From assembly GCA_964406665.1 (NCBI GenBank), contig CAYOSQ010000011.1, positions 1-60,266 of the forward strand: DNA of 60,266 nt, given 5' to 3'. The DNA is from an uncultured Planctomycetia bacterium. GTDB taxonomy: Bacteria; Omnitrophota; Gorgyraeia; VGKH01; JBHPFN01. The notes beneath the pieces were generated by a model. The model was not told the origin of the DNA. It did no database searches and saw only the letters and a program-made list of their open reading frames with translations. Both the position numbers and the translations under genes were made by a program. Positions 47,257 through 57,457 of the stretch are shown in pieces (position 1 is the stretch's first letter; each line of letters opens with the position of its first letter).

Positions 47257-48216
47257 TTGATTATGAATAAAAATATATTTAATAGACAGATAATTTTTTA
47301 CCCGGTTTTGTTAGTACTGACTTTATCATTTTTTGGTTGCGGGAGAGAGAAGCCTTATGCTAGAGAAAGTAGATTCTTAATGGGTACAGTTATTGAGATT
47401 ACCTGTCAAGATGAAGAAGCTATACATGCGGCTTTTCAGCAGATTGAGATTGTAGAAAATCTTTTAAATAAGTTTGATGAAAATAGTGAAATTAGCCAAA
47501 TAAATAGTCATAGAAAATCAGAAGTTTCCTGGAAGACGTTACAGATAATAAAGAAAGCAAAGTTTTTTCATAGTGTTTCCGGAGGAGTTTTTGATATTAG
47601 CATAGCACCTTTGTCTGAAATATGGAAAAAAGCAATCAAAGATGAAGTTTTGCCGAAAGACCGTGATATAAGGCGAGCGAAAAACTTGGTTAATTCAAAT
47701 AAAATATTAATTGATGAAATTGCCTCATCTGTCAAATTGGCAAAGAGGGGTATGAAATTAGACTTAGGTGCTATTGCAAAAGGATTTGCTGTGGATGTCG
47801 CGGTAAAAAAGTTGAAAGAATTAGGTGTTAACTCTTGTCTTATAAATGCCGGAGGGGAAATTTACTGCTTAGGTAGAAAGCACGGTAAGCCATGGAAGGT
47901 TGGGGTTAAGCATCCGCGTAGTTCTGATATGATAGAATATCTAGAGTTGGAGAATAAAGCCGTTGCAACCTCTGGAGATTATGAACAATTTTTTCTTTTG
48001 CAAGATACGCATTATTCACATATAATTGATCCACGCACAGGTTGTCCGGCTGATTCCGGAATTGTTTCTGTTACGGTTATTGCAGATGATTGCTTAACAG
48101 CCGATGCCCTAGCAACTTCAATTTTCATTTTAGGGAAAACAGATTCTAGGGAATTGATAAAAAACTTTTCTAATATTAAGACAATTATTTTTAACGAGGT
48201 TGATTTAAATGTTTGA
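47257..48216 (+). CDS. apbE: FAD:protein FMN transferase (ApbE family) lipoprotein
   Basis: Lipobox FFGC and ApbE core motifs (MGT...I, LDLGAIAKG, SGDYE). The start is TTG 47257 or ATG 47263. Confidence 0.88.
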   Translation: MIMNKNIFNRQIIFYPVLLVLTLSFFGCGREKPYARESRFLMGTVIEITCQDEEAIHAAFQQIEIVENLLNKFDENSEISQINSHRKSEVSWKTLQIIKKAKFFHSVSGGVFDISIAPLSEIWKKAIKDEVLPKDRDIRRAKNLVNSNKILIDEIASSVKLAKRGMKLDLGAIAKGFAVDVAVKKLKELGVNSCLINAGGEIYCLGRKHGKPWKVGVKHPRSSDMIEYLELENKAVATSGDYEQFFLLQDTHYSHIIDPRTGCPADSGIVSVTVIADDCLTADALATSIFILGKTDSRELIKNFSNIKTIIFNEVDLNV

Positions 48217-49018
48217 AATAATCAAAAAAGAAGTTATTGCTGTAGGAATAAAAAAAATCGAACTGAGAGCTGAACATATTGCAAAAAAAGCAGCAGCTGG
48301 TCAGTTTGTTGTGGTAATCCCTGATAAAAAAGGAGAAAGGATTCCTCTTACCTTGGCCGGTTGGGATAAAGTTGAAGGCACTATTACAATTATCTTTCAA
48401 GAAGTCGGTTTTACTACTAAGAAGTTGGGTAAGCTGGGTGTTGGGGATAAGATTTTTTCTCTTTTGGGGCCTTTAGGAAATCCCACGGATGTTAAGAAAA
48501 TTGGTACTGTTGTTTGTGTTGGTGGTGGTGTTGGTATTGCCGAGGTCCTGCCAATTAGCAATGCTTTTAAGGCCGCAGGAAACGAAGTAATCGGGATTAT
48601 CGGTTCAAGAAGTAAAGAGTTGATTATCTTAAAAGACGAGATGTCTGAAATCTGTGATCAGCTCTACATTGCAACTGATGATGGTTCTCTTGGTGATAAG
48701 GGTTTTGTCACAGAGATTTTAGGCCGTTTGTTCGAGGCAAAAAAACATGTTGACCTTGTTTATGCAATTGGTCCTGTTCCAATGATGAAAGCTATTGTAG
48801 AAGTAACCCGTGCGGCTAAAGTTAAAACCATTGTAAATTTAAACCCTATTATGGTTGATGCTACAGGAATGTGTGGTGCTTGCAGATGTAAAGTTGGTGA
48901 AAAAACAGTTTTTGGCTGTGTTGACGGTCCGGAGTTTGATGGTCATCTTGTAGATTTTGAAGAATTAACGATTAGGCTAAACACTTTTAAGCAACAGGAG
49001 CTAAGAATAGATAAATGA
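48209..49018 (+). CDS. NfnA/SudB-type ferredoxin-NADP reductase-like FAD/[2Fe-2S] subunit
   Basis: PyrK/SudB-like fold with a C-terminal Cys cluster (GMCGACRC...FGCVDGPEF). Confidence 0.8.
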   Translation: MFEIIKKEVIAVGIKKIELRAEHIAKKAAAGQFVVVIPDKKGERIPLTLAGWDKVEGTITIIFQEVGFTTKKLGKLGVGDKIFSLLGPLGNPTDVKKIGTVVCVGGGVGIAEVLPISNAFKAAGNEVIGIIGSRSKELIILKDEMSEICDQLYIATDDGSLGDKGFVTEILGRLFEAKKHVDLVYAIGPVPMMKAIVEVTRAAKVKTIVNLNPIMVDATGMCGACRCKVGEKTVFGCVDGPEFDGHLVDFEELTIRLNTFKQQELRIDK

Positions 49019-49434
49019 AAAGTTTAACAAGACATCTTTGGTTCAATACAAAAACAAAAAGAGCTTATATAAATATCACTCCTCAAGTTGAGGAGCTTGT
49101 AAAGGAATCAAGAGTAAAAGAAGGGCTATGCCTTGTTAATGCTATGCATATTACAGCAAGTGTGTTTATTAATGATGATGAAGATGGATTGATTCATGAT
49201 TTAGATGATTTTCTAGAAAGACTTGCTCCGCATGAGCCTTTGACAAGATATCGTCATAACTTAACTGGTGAAGATAATGCTGATGCTCACATTAAAAGAA
49301 CTATTATGGGAAGAGAAGTGATTGTTGCTATAACAAATGGGAAACTCGATTTTGGTCCTTGGGAGCAAATTTTTTACGGAGAATTTGACGGCCAGCGTAG
49401 GAAAAGAGTGATGGTGAAGATTATCGGTGAATAG
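49015..49434 (+). CDS. YjbQ/UPF0047 family protein (secondary thiamine-phosphate synthase-like)
   Basis: [19 protein letters not shown] and [16 protein letters not shown] motifs. Confidence 0.85.
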   Translation: MKSLTRHLWFNTKTKRAYINITPQVEELVKESRVKEGLCLVNAMHITASVFINDDEDGLIHDLDDFLERLAPHEPLTRYRHNLTGEDNADAHIKRTIMGREVIVAITNGKLDFGPWEQIFYGEFDGQRRKRVMVKIIGE

Positions 49435-50815
49435 TATGCGCAATAAAGTAAGACAACAAGATTCAGAAAAAAGAATAGAGAATTTTAGTGAAGTATCTCT
49501 TGGATTTTCTGATGAACAGGCTTTGCAAGAGGCTAAGCGCTGTTTGCAATGCAAGAAACCTAAGTGTGTCGAAGGCTGTCCGGTTAATATAGATATCCCT
49601 GCATTTATCAAACTTATTGTTGAAAACTCGCGCGAGAAATCTCTAAGTAAAATAAAAGAGAAAAATAATCTTCCTGCGGTATGCGGCAGAGTTTGTCCAC
49701 AAGAAGATCAATGTGAGAAGCTGTGTATTTTAAGCAATAAAGGCAACCCAATAAATATTGGTGCCCTAGAGCGGTATGCTGCAGATTACGAACTTAATAA
49801 GAGCTTAAAGAAGCAAAGTAAGGTACTTGCAAAAGATGATTTAGAAAGAATAGCTGTTGTGGGTTCCGGGCCAGCTGGATTGACTACCGCTGCTGATCTT
49901 GTTAGGTTGGGATATCGTGTTACCTTATTTGAATCTTTACATGTTTCAGGGGGTGTATTAGTTTATGGGATCCCTGAATTCAGATTACCTAAAGATATAG
50001 TTTCATCGGAAGTAGAGTATATAGCTTCGTTAGGAGTGGAAATAAAAACAAACTTTCTAGTTGGCAAAACCTGTTCTCTTGATGATCTATTCAAAGATGG
50101 TTTTAAAGCTGTGTTTTTGGGGTTGGGGGCAGGCTTACCTCAGTTTCTAGGTATTGTTGGAGAGAATTTTTCCGGAGTATATTCTGCTAATGAATTTTTA
50201 ACCCGAGTTAATTTGATGAAGGCATATCTCTTTCCTGAATATGCAACTCCCGTTGATGTTGGAAAGAAAGTTGTTGTTATAGGAGGTGGTAATGTAGCAT
50301 TGGATTGTGCTAGGGCAGCGCTGCGTTTGCATAGGGAAGTTACGCTTGTTTATAGAAGAACAGAAGCGCAGATGCCAGCACGCTTAGAAGAGATAGAGAA
50401 TGCTAAAGAAGAGGGATTCGCATTTAAGCTTTTGACTCAGCCAGTTGAAATTTTAGCAAATGAAAAAGGTAGGGTTAGGGGACTTAAGTGTATTAAGATG
50501 GAACTGGGAGAACCTGATGATTCAGGAAGACGCAGACCTTTACCAATTGAGAATTCAGATTTCATTATTGAGGCAGATACTGTTATCGAAGCTATTGGAC
50601 AGAAACCAAATCCTCTAGTGGTAAAAGTTACTCCAGATCTTAAAGTTAATGATAGTGGAACTATTAAAGTTGATGAAAATTATATGACTTCAATCGATGG
50701 AGTTTTTGCCGGAGGTGATATAATTACTGGAGCTGACACTGTAATTTCTGCAATGGGCGCTGGTAAAAAAGCAGCCGCTGCTATTAATAGCTATATTAAG
50801 AAACAAAGGGGTTAA
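49427..50815 (+). CDS. NfnB/GltD-type NADPH-dependent glutamate synthase small-chain-like oxidoreductase
   Basis: N-terminal 2x[4Fe-4S] Cys motifs (CLQC..P.C...CP), followed by two dinucleotide-binding motifs ([16 protein letters not shown]). Confidence 0.85.
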   Translation: MNSMRNKVRQQDSEKRIENFSEVSLGFSDEQALQEAKRCLQCKKPKCVEGCPVNIDIPAFIKLIVENSREKSLSKIKEKNNLPAVCGRVCPQEDQCEKLCILSNKGNPINIGALERYAADYELNKSLKKQSKVLAKDDLERIAVVGSGPAGLTTAADLVRLGYRVTLFESLHVSGGVLVYGIPEFRLPKDIVSSEVEYIASLGVEIKTNFLVGKTCSLDDLFKDGFKAVFLGLGAGLPQFLGIVGENFSGVYSANEFLTRVNLMKAYLFPEYATPVDVGKKVVVIGGGNVALDCARAALRLHREVTLVYRRTEAQMPARLEEIENAKEEGFAFKLLTQPVEILANEKGRVRGLKCIKMELGEPDDSGRRRPLPIENSDFIIEADTVIEAIGQKPNPLVVKVTPDLKVNDSGTIKVDENYMTSIDGVFAGGDIITGADTVISAMGAGKKAAAAINSYIKKQRG

Positions 50816-50817
50816 AA

Positions 50818-51651
50818 ATGGAAGGTAAAAAAATAACCATAAATGATATCTTGCAAATGAAAAAAGACGGTAAGAAAATTACCATGCTTACGGCATATGA
50901 TTTTCCTCTGGCGTCTTTAGTGGATCAAGCAGGAATAGATATGATTCTTGTGGGAGATTCTGTTGCTAATGTTGTCTTAGGTCTTGAATCAACAACAGAA
51001 GTAGGTATGACAGAGATGATACATCACGCCAAGGCAGTAAGAAGAGGTGTTAAGAATGCCTTAATTATTGGTGATATGCCTTATGAATCTTATCAGGTTA
51101 ATCCTGAGGAATCAGTCAAAAACGCAAAGCGTTTTATTGAAGAGGCTGGTTGCGATGCAATAAAGCTTGAATGGTTTGATAAGTGTTTAGAAGTTACTGA
51201 GGCGATAGTTAAATCTGGTATTGCTGCAATGGGGCATGTTGGTTTAACTCCGCAGACGGCAGCGCAGCTTGGTGGTTTCAAGGTTCAAGGAAAAGACGCC
51301 GAGGCTGCAAAGAAAATTATTAAACAGGCTAAAGATCTTGAGAAAGTCGGTTGTTTCAGCATTGTTTTAGAGTGTGTTCCAGACAAGGTTGCTGAGATGG
51401 TTACAGAGGAACTTTCCATTCCGACTATAGGAATAGGTGCTGGCATCAGCTGTGATGGGCAGGTATTGGTTACTCCGGATATGTTGGGTTTATTTGAAAG
51501 ATTTACTCCCAAGTTTGTAAAGAAATATGTTAATCTTTCATCAACTATTTTGGGTGTTATCAAACAGTATAAGCAGGAAGTCGTAGAGAAAAAATTTCCT
51601 GCTAAAGAACATAGTTTTTCAATCAAAAAAGAAGAAGTAGAAAAACTTTAA
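50818..51651 (+). CDS. panB: 3-methyl-2-oxobutanoate hydroxymethyltransferase
   Basis: MLTAYD, LVGDS and GHVGLTPQ motifs. Confidence 0.93.
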   Translation: MEGKKITINDILQMKKDGKKITMLTAYDFPLASLVDQAGIDMILVGDSVANVVLGLESTTEVGMTEMIHHAKAVRRGVKNALIIGDMPYESYQVNPEESVKNAKRFIEEAGCDAIKLEWFDKCLEVTEAIVKSGIAAMGHVGLTPQTAAQLGGFKVQGKDAEAAKKIIKQAKDLEKVGCFSIVLECVPDKVAEMVTEELSIPTIGIGAGISCDGQVLVTPDMLGLFERFTPKFVKKYVNLSSTILGVIKQYKQEVVEKKFPAKEHSFSIKKEEVEKL

Positions 51652-51675
51652 TTTTTTTTAAAGGAGGAGGTGATA

Positions 51676-52005
51676 ATGGCAAAGAAATTTAATATGCAGA
51701 AAGAGCTGGAGAAGCTTTGGCCTAAGACCAAAAAGCAGTTGGATAGAGTGGCTAAGGATGCAATGGTACTTGCTAAAAAAAGTGAAAAGCAGCTTATTGA
51801 ATTATCTGAAAAAGGTAAGATTCAGTTTGAGCTTACGATGTTGCAGGTTAAGAAAGAACAGTTGTTTTACAAGATAGGGAAAGCCGTTGCGAAGAATTTA
51901 AAAAGAATGAAAAAAACAGTCACTTTAGCAAAGCTAGATAAAGAATTAAAATCTATTAACAGTCAAATATCTTCTTGCAAGAAGGATTTAGGCAATAAAA
52001 AATAA
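51676..52005 (+). CDS. small Lys-rich coiled-coil protein, unknown function
   Basis: AAAGGAGGAGG RBS precedes ATG 51676. The protein is predicted helical and charged; no family recognised. Confidence 0.5.
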   Translation: MAKKFNMQKELEKLWPKTKKQLDRVAKDAMVLAKKSEKQLIELSEKGKIQFELTMLQVKKEQLFYKIGKAVAKNLKRMKKTVTLAKLDKELKSINSQISSCKKDLGNKK

Positions 52006-52026
52006 TCTTTTTAGAAAGGGGCTTTA

Positions 52027-52422
52027 ATGTCAGCAAATATAGTAAAGCAATTAGAAATAGTAACCGTAGATAAGCCAGGTATGCTTGCAGAAGTTTCGAA
52101 CACTATAGCATCTGAGGGCATCAATATGGAGGCCGTTTGTGCATATAGCATGGAAGGTAACGCAGTATTCTATATTGTTACCAGTGACAATGATAAATCA
52201 ATAGCCGCTTTAAAAGATAAAGGCTGGAGAGTAAAAGAAGATGAAGTTGTTACAGTTGATTTAACCAATAAGCCTGGTGCTTTAGAAGAATTGTCTGAGA
52301 AGCTAAAAGCAAAGAACGTTAATCTGGTTTATTGCTATGGCAGTACCTGCGGGGGAAGTTGTGCAAGCAGGATAATCATGAAGGCTGAAGATAATAGTAA
52401 GATTATCAAAGCACTTTTATAA
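52027..52422 (+). CDS. tandem ACT-domain protein
   Basis: Two ACT-like repeats (VDKPGMLAEV and NKPGALEEL). Confidence 0.75.
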   Translation: MSANIVKQLEIVTVDKPGMLAEVSNTIASEGINMEAVCAYSMEGNAVFYIVTSDNDKSIAALKDKGWRVKEDEVVTVDLTNKPGALEELSEKLKAKNVNLVYCYGSTCGGSCASRIIMKAEDNSKIIKALL

Positions 52423-52595
52423 AGATTGATTAAGAATTTATAATTTTTTGAAATAAGCTTAGAACCGTATTTGCCTAGCCCGATCTTCTTTTAAAATCTG
52501 ATGAGGCAAAATTCCTAAAAGAGTTTTAAGTTGAATATGCTATTTTCTTAAATGTATATTTTAGGAAAACAGGAATAAAGGAAAGTTGAATTTTT

Positions 52596-53333
52596 ATGAG
52601 CAGGAAGAAAATTGCTGATAAAATAAACCAGGATGTGTTGAAGTATTTTATCAACAACCCGATTTTTGTAAGGTTCTCAGCTAGGTTTAGCCTAGAGTGT
52701 TTTAAATGGGTTAAATGTTTAAGAACCGTTTCTGTCAACGAGAGAATCGTAGAGATTCCGTTTGCTATTCAGTGTTTATCCAACTTAGAAAAAGGGAAAA
52801 AAGTTTTAGATTTAGGCTGTATGGAGAGTGCTCTGGCACTTTATTTAGCAGGTCTGGGATATTTTGTTACAGGAGTTGATTTTCGATATTTTCCATATTA
52901 TCATCCTAATTTTTCTTTTGTTCAGGGAGATATATTAAATCTTTCTTTTGAAGATGAAAGCTACGATGCTGTTTTAGGAATTTCTACATTTGAACATATT
53001 GGCATAGGTGTATATGGTAAGGCTGAGGGAAATAATAATGATGATGAAAAGGCAGTTGCTGAGGCATGTAGGGTTTTGAAAAAAGATGGAATATTTTGCC
53101 TCACCGCTCCTTATGGCGTTGCTAGTATAGGTGCTTCTCAGAGAGCTTATTCCAAAGATTCACTTGAGAGGCTTTTGAAAGATTTCAAAGTGCAAGAAAT
53201 TAAGTATCATGCTAGTTTTAAAGATGATAGAAGTAAGGCGAATTATTGGAAAGAAATTGATCAAAAGGAAGCAGCAAATATAAAGTCTAAACATTATACT
53301 AATTGTATTTGTCTGGTTAAGGCATTAAAGTAA
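52596..53333 (+). CDS. class I SAM-dependent methyltransferase
   Basis: Motif I VLDLGCMES...G and a post-I acidic residue (VTGVD). Confidence 0.75.
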   Translation: MSRKKIADKINQDVLKYFINNPIFVRFSARFSLECFKWVKCLRTVSVNERIVEIPFAIQCLSNLEKGKKVLDLGCMESALALYLAGLGYFVTGVDFRYFPYYHPNFSFVQGDILNLSFEDESYDAVLGISTFEHIGIGVYGKAEGNNNDDEKAVAEACRVLKKDGIFCLTAPYGVASIGASQRAYSKDSLERLLKDFKVQEIKYHASFKDDRSKANYWKEIDQKEAANIKSKHYTNCICLVKALK

Positions 53334-53343
53334 TTAATTATTC

Positions 53344-53372
53344 TTGATTTTTTTAAAGAAGTTCGCTAGAAT
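53344..53372 (+). promoter_or_regulatory. sigma-70-type promoter immediately upstream of glyQS
   Basis: TTGATT (53344-49), 17-nt spacer, TAGAAT (53367-72). The ATG at 53385 lies only 12 nt after the -10 box and has no Shine-Dalgarno sequence. Confidence 0.55.
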
Positions 53373-53384
53373 AAATACTCTCTT

Positions 53385-54710
53385 ATGAATAATTCAGGAT
53401 TAATGGACAAGATTACCTCTTTATGTAAACGTCGTGGATTTATCTTCCAATCTTCGGAGGTTTACGGTGGCCTAGGAAGTGTCTGGGATTATGGGCCATT
53501 GGGCGTTGAGCTTAAGCGTAATATTAAGAACTCTTGGTGGGAGAGCAATGTTCACCGACGTGAGGATATGGTAGGTTTGGATGCAGGTATCTTGATGCAT
53601 TCAAAAATTTGGGAAGCATCTGGCCATATCAAGAACTTTTTTGACACTTATCTTGATTGCAAGTCTTGCAAAAAGAGAGTCAGAACTGATGACCCGGTTT
53701 TAAAAGACGCCGAGGCTGGAGTTTGCCCTTTCTGCGGAGATAAGAAGCTTACTGACCCGAGAGACTTTAATTTAATGTTTAAAACTTTTATCGGGGCTCT
53801 TGATGATGATAAGAGTGAGGTTTATCTTCGTCCGGAAACGGCCCAGGGTATATTTGTTAATTTCTCTAATGTTTTAAATACTTCCAGAAAGAAACTTCCC
53901 TTTGGCATAGCTCAGATGGGTAAGGTATTCCGCAATGAAGTTACACCAGGGAATTTCACTTTTCGCACTCGCGAATTTGAACAAATGGAAATTGAGTATT
54001 TTGTAGATCCTAAAGAAGCCGATAAGCAGTATTCGCAGTGGATCGATGAAAGATTTAACTGGTATACGCAGCTGGGAATTAAGAAAGAAAATCTTAGGAA
54101 GAAAGCTCATGCTAAGGATAAGCTAGCCCATTATGCAGCAGCCTGTACTGATATCGAATATAATTTTCCTTTTGGCTGGTCAGAGCTTGAAGGAATTGCA
54201 AATAGAACAGACTTTGATTTAAAACAACATTCTGAATTTTCCGGAAAAGAATTGAAATACCATGACAAAATTACTAATGAAAAGTTTTTCCCGTATATTA
54301 TTGAGCCATCAGGGGGGATAGATAGAGCCCTGCTGGCTTTTTTGGTTGATGCATATCATGAAGAAAAGGTAAAGGATGAAACTAGAGCTCTGCTTAAATT
54401 TCATAAAGATTTAGCTCCAATAAAGGTTGCGGTTTTACCTTTATTAAAAAAGAACGAAGGCATAGTTAAATTGGCAAAACAAATTAAACGAGAAATGCAG
54501 AAGGAGGTTGTGACAGTTTATGATGATACTGCGGCTATAGGAAAGTTATACAGAAGACAAGACGAGGTTGGTACTCCTTTTTGCGTTACCGTTGATGTTC
54601 AGTCTCTGGAAGATAACCAGGTTACCGTAAGAGACAGAGACACAATGGGGCAAGAGAGGATTTCTGTAGATAAGTTAAAAGATTATTTCTTAGATAAGTT
54701 TTCAAAATAA
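53385..54710 (+). CDS. glyQS: glycyl-tRNA synthetase, alpha2 dimeric type
   Basis: Class II motifs (FRNE..P..G..R.REF.Q.E.E.F, GIDR) and an anticodon-binding C-terminal domain. Confidence 0.93.
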   Translation: MNNSGLMDKITSLCKRRGFIFQSSEVYGGLGSVWDYGPLGVELKRNIKNSWWESNVHRREDMVGLDAGILMHSKIWEASGHIKNFFDTYLDCKSCKKRVRTDDPVLKDAEAGVCPFCGDKKLTDPRDFNLMFKTFIGALDDDKSEVYLRPETAQGIFVNFSNVLNTSRKKLPFGIAQMGKVFRNEVTPGNFTFRTREFEQMEIEYFVDPKEADKQYSQWIDERFNWYTQLGIKKENLRKKAHAKDKLAHYAAACTDIEYNFPFGWSELEGIANRTDFDLKQHSEFSGKELKYHDKITNEKFFPYIIEPSGGIDRALLAFLVDAYHEEKVKDETRALLKFHKDLAPIKVAVLPLLKKNEGIVKLAKQIKREMQKEVVTVYDDTAAIGKLYRRQDEVGTPFCVTVDVQSLEDNQVTVRDRDTMGQERISVDKLKDYFLDKFSK

Positions 54711-54727
54711 TAAGGAGGATTTTCAAA

Positions 54728-57448
54728 ATGGCAAAGTATGTTTATTCTTTCGGAGGCGGTAAGGCAGATGGCAATGGTTCTATGAAGAACCTACTTGGTG
54801 GAAAAGGTGCTAATTTAGCAGAGATGGCAGGACACAAAGATCTAAAGCTACCTGTACCTCCGGGATTTACTATAACAACAGATGTATGTACTCATTATTA
54901 TAAAAGTAAAAAGAAGTATCCTTCTGGACTAAAAGTTCAAGTTGAAAAAGCTTTAAAGAAGGTTGAAAATTTAATGGGAAAGGATTTCGGCTGTGAAGAT
55001 AATCCTCTTTTGGTTTCTGTGCGTTCCGGCGCAAGGCAATCTATGCCAGGGATGATGGAGACAGTTTTAAATGTTGGTCTTACGAAAAAAACAATTCCTG
55101 GGCTTATTGAGCAATCTGGTGGCAATGAAAGATTTGTTTATGATGCATATCGTCGTTTGATTACTATGTATTCTGATGTTGTTATGGAGAAGTCTGCAGG
55201 CATAGAGCCAGAAGAAGACATGGGTATCAGAAAGCAGCTTGAGAGAATCATGGATGGGGTCAAAGAAGAAAAGGATATTAAGGATGATACTGATCTTGAT
55301 GCCGAAGATCTTAAAAAGATATGTGATTTATATAAGAAAAGAGTTAAAGAAGTTTTGAAGAAAGATTTTCCTGATAATGCTATGGATCAGCTCTGGGGTG
55401 GTATCGGAGCAGTTTTTCAATCCTGGAATGGAAAAAGAGCTATAAGCTATAGAAATATTGAAAACATTCCTCATGAATGGGGCACAGCTGTTAATGTTCA
55501 AACTATGGTTTTCGGAAATATGGGTGAAGGTTCTGCAACAGGTGTTGCTTTTACGAGGAATCCAGGTAACGGTGAAAATAAATTCTACGGAGAGTACTTA
55601 ATGGATGCTCAGGGAGAAGATGTTGTAGCTGGGCTGCGTACTCCGGCACCTATTAATTCATATTCTCAGAGTGATCATAATAAAGATCTCGTTACCTTGG
55701 AAAAAGGAATGAGTTCAATATACAAGCAGCTTTTTAGTATACAGAGGCGTTTAGAAAAACATTATCATGATATGCAGGATTTAGAGTTTACTATTGAAAA
55801 AGGTAAGCTTTTTATGCTTCAGACTCGAACAGGAAAGCGTAACGGTCCTGCAGCTGTGAAGATGGCTATGGACATGTTCAAGCAGAAGCAAATCAAAAAA
55901 GAAGATGTGATAAAAAGAGTAACTCCTGCACAGTTGGATGAGCTTTTGCATCCTATTATTGATCCTATTGCAGAAAAAGCCAAGAAATCTTTGGCCAAAG
56001 GTTTACCTGCAGGTCCCGGTGGGGCAAGTGGTCAGGTGGTATTCTCTGCTGAAGATGCAGTTGCTTGGCATAAGTCAGGTAAAAAAGTTATATTAGTTCG
56101 TGAAGAAACCAATCCGGAAGATGTTGAGGGTATGAGGGCAGCAGAGGCGATTCTTACTGCTAGAGGAGGCATGACTTCCCACGCAGCATTAGTTGCCAGA
56201 GGTTGGGGTAAATGCTGCATAGTTGGCTGCAGCGTTTTAAATATTGACCTTAGAAATAAAACTATTACTGTTGATGGAGAAACAGTAAATGAAGGTGATT
56301 GGATTACTCTTAATGGAACCAAGGGTAATATCTATGTTGGTGAGCTTCCCATGATTGATGCTTCAGAAAATAAGGCATTGGATGATTTCTTAAAGGTTTG
56401 TGATTTGATTCGCAGGTTGAAGATTCGCACTAATGCAGATACGCCTGAAGATGCACAGCGTGCTCGTAACTTTGGTGCAGAAGGTATTGGACTTTTTAGA
56501 ACAGAACATATGTTTTACGGAAAAGGTTCTGAGCAGGCTTTGTTTCTTTTAAGAAAGATGATAATGTCTAAGACTGTGGAAGAAAGATGCGTTGCTTTAG
56601 AAGAGTTATTTCCTTATGTAAAGAAAGATATTAAGGGAACTCTTGAGGCAATGAAAGGTTTACCTGTTACATTCAGATTGCTTGATCCACCTCTGCACGA
56701 ATTTGTTCCTCATCAAAAAGAGCAGCTTGAGAATTTAGGCAAGAGTTTAAATATTTCTCAAGAAGAGTTAGAGAAGAGAGCATCTGCACTGCGTGAGAGC
56801 AATCCAATGATGGGGCATCGAGGAGTTAGGTTAGGCATTACTTATCCTGAGGTTGCTGAAATGCAGATTCGTGCAATCTTAGAGGCTGCGGCAGAGCTAA
56901 CCAAAGAAGGTAAAAAGGTTTATCCTGAAATAATGATTCCTGTTCTCTGTGATGTCAATGAGCTAAAGAAGCAAAAGCAGATTGTGGAGAGAGTATATAA
57001 AGAGGTTCTTGCAAAGTACAAAATGAAAAAACTTTCTTACATGTTCGGGACTATGATAGAAATTCCTCGTGCTGCTTTAACAGCAGGTAAAATCGCTGAT
57101 ACTGCAGAGTTTTTCTCATATGGAACTAATGATTTGACTCAGATGGGATTTGGATTCTCCAGAGATGATATCGGTGGATTTTTGCCGGAGTATATCAGCG
57201 AGGGAATTTTAGATGACGATCCGTTTCAGACCATAGATCAAGATGGTATCGGTGAGTTAATCAAGATTGGTATCGAGAGAGGAAGAAAAGCTCGCAAAAA
57301 ATTAAAAATCGGTATTTGTGGTGAACATGGTGGAGAACCACGTTCAGTTGAGTTCTGTAATGAAATAGGAATGGATTATGTAAGCTGTTCTCCATTTAGA
57401 GTTCCTATTGCTCGTTTAGCAGCAGCTCAGGCAGTTCTAAAGAAATAA
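54728..57448 (+). CDS. ppdK: pyruvate, phosphate dikinase
   Basis: Phosphohistidine swivel motif GGMTSHAALVARG and a PEP-utilising TIM barrel; 906 aa. Confidence 0.95.
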   Translation: MAKYVYSFGGGKADGNGSMKNLLGGKGANLAEMAGHKDLKLPVPPGFTITTDVCTHYYKSKKKYPSGLKVQVEKALKKVENLMGKDFGCEDNPLLVSVRSGARQSMPGMMETVLNVGLTKKTIPGLIEQSGGNERFVYDAYRRLITMYSDVVMEKSAGIEPEEDMGIRKQLERIMDGVKEEKDIKDDTDLDAEDLKKICDLYKKRVKEVLKKDFPDNAMDQLWGGIGAVFQSWNGKRAISYRNIENIPHEWGTAVNVQTMVFGNMGEGSATGVAFTRNPGNGENKFYGEYLMDAQGEDVVAGLRTPAPINSYSQSDHNKDLVTLEKGMSSIYKQLFSIQRRLEKHYHDMQDLEFTIEKGKLFMLQTRTGKRNGPAAVKMAMDMFKQKQIKKEDVIKRVTPAQLDELLHPIIDPIAEKAKKSLAKGLPAGPGGASGQVVFSAEDAVAWHKSGKKVILVREETNPEDVEGMRAAEAILTARGGMTSHAALVARGWGKCCIVGCSVLNIDLRNKTITVDGETVNEGDWITLNGTKGNIYVGELPMIDASENKALDDFLKVCDLIRRLKIRTNADTPEDAQRARNFGAEGIGLFRTEHMFYGKGSEQALFLLRKMIMSKTVEERCVALEELFPYVKKDIKGTLEAMKGLPVTFRLLDPPLHEFVPHQKEQLENLGKSLNISQEELEKRASALRESNPMMGHRGVRLGITYPEVAEMQIRAILEAAAELTKEGKKVYPEIMIPVLCDVNELKKQKQIVERVYKEVLAKYKMKKLSYMFGTMIEIPRAALTAGKIADTAEFFSYGTNDLTQMGFGFSRDDIGGFLPEYISEGILDDDPFQTIDQDGIGELIKIGIERGRKARKKLKIGICGEHGGEPRSVEFCNEIGMDYVSCSPFRVPIARLAAAQAVLKK

Positions 57449-57457
57449 AGGGAGCCT

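Noticed and set aside
52423-52595. The 173-nt gap before the methyltransferase gene, which holds a 7-bp stem TTTGCCT/AGGCAAA.
   Set aside because: The stem is short with a 27-nt loop and no U-tract, and I recognised no RNA family. A weak promoter (TTGAAT, 18-nt spacer, TATATT) is the simplest explanation for the spacer.
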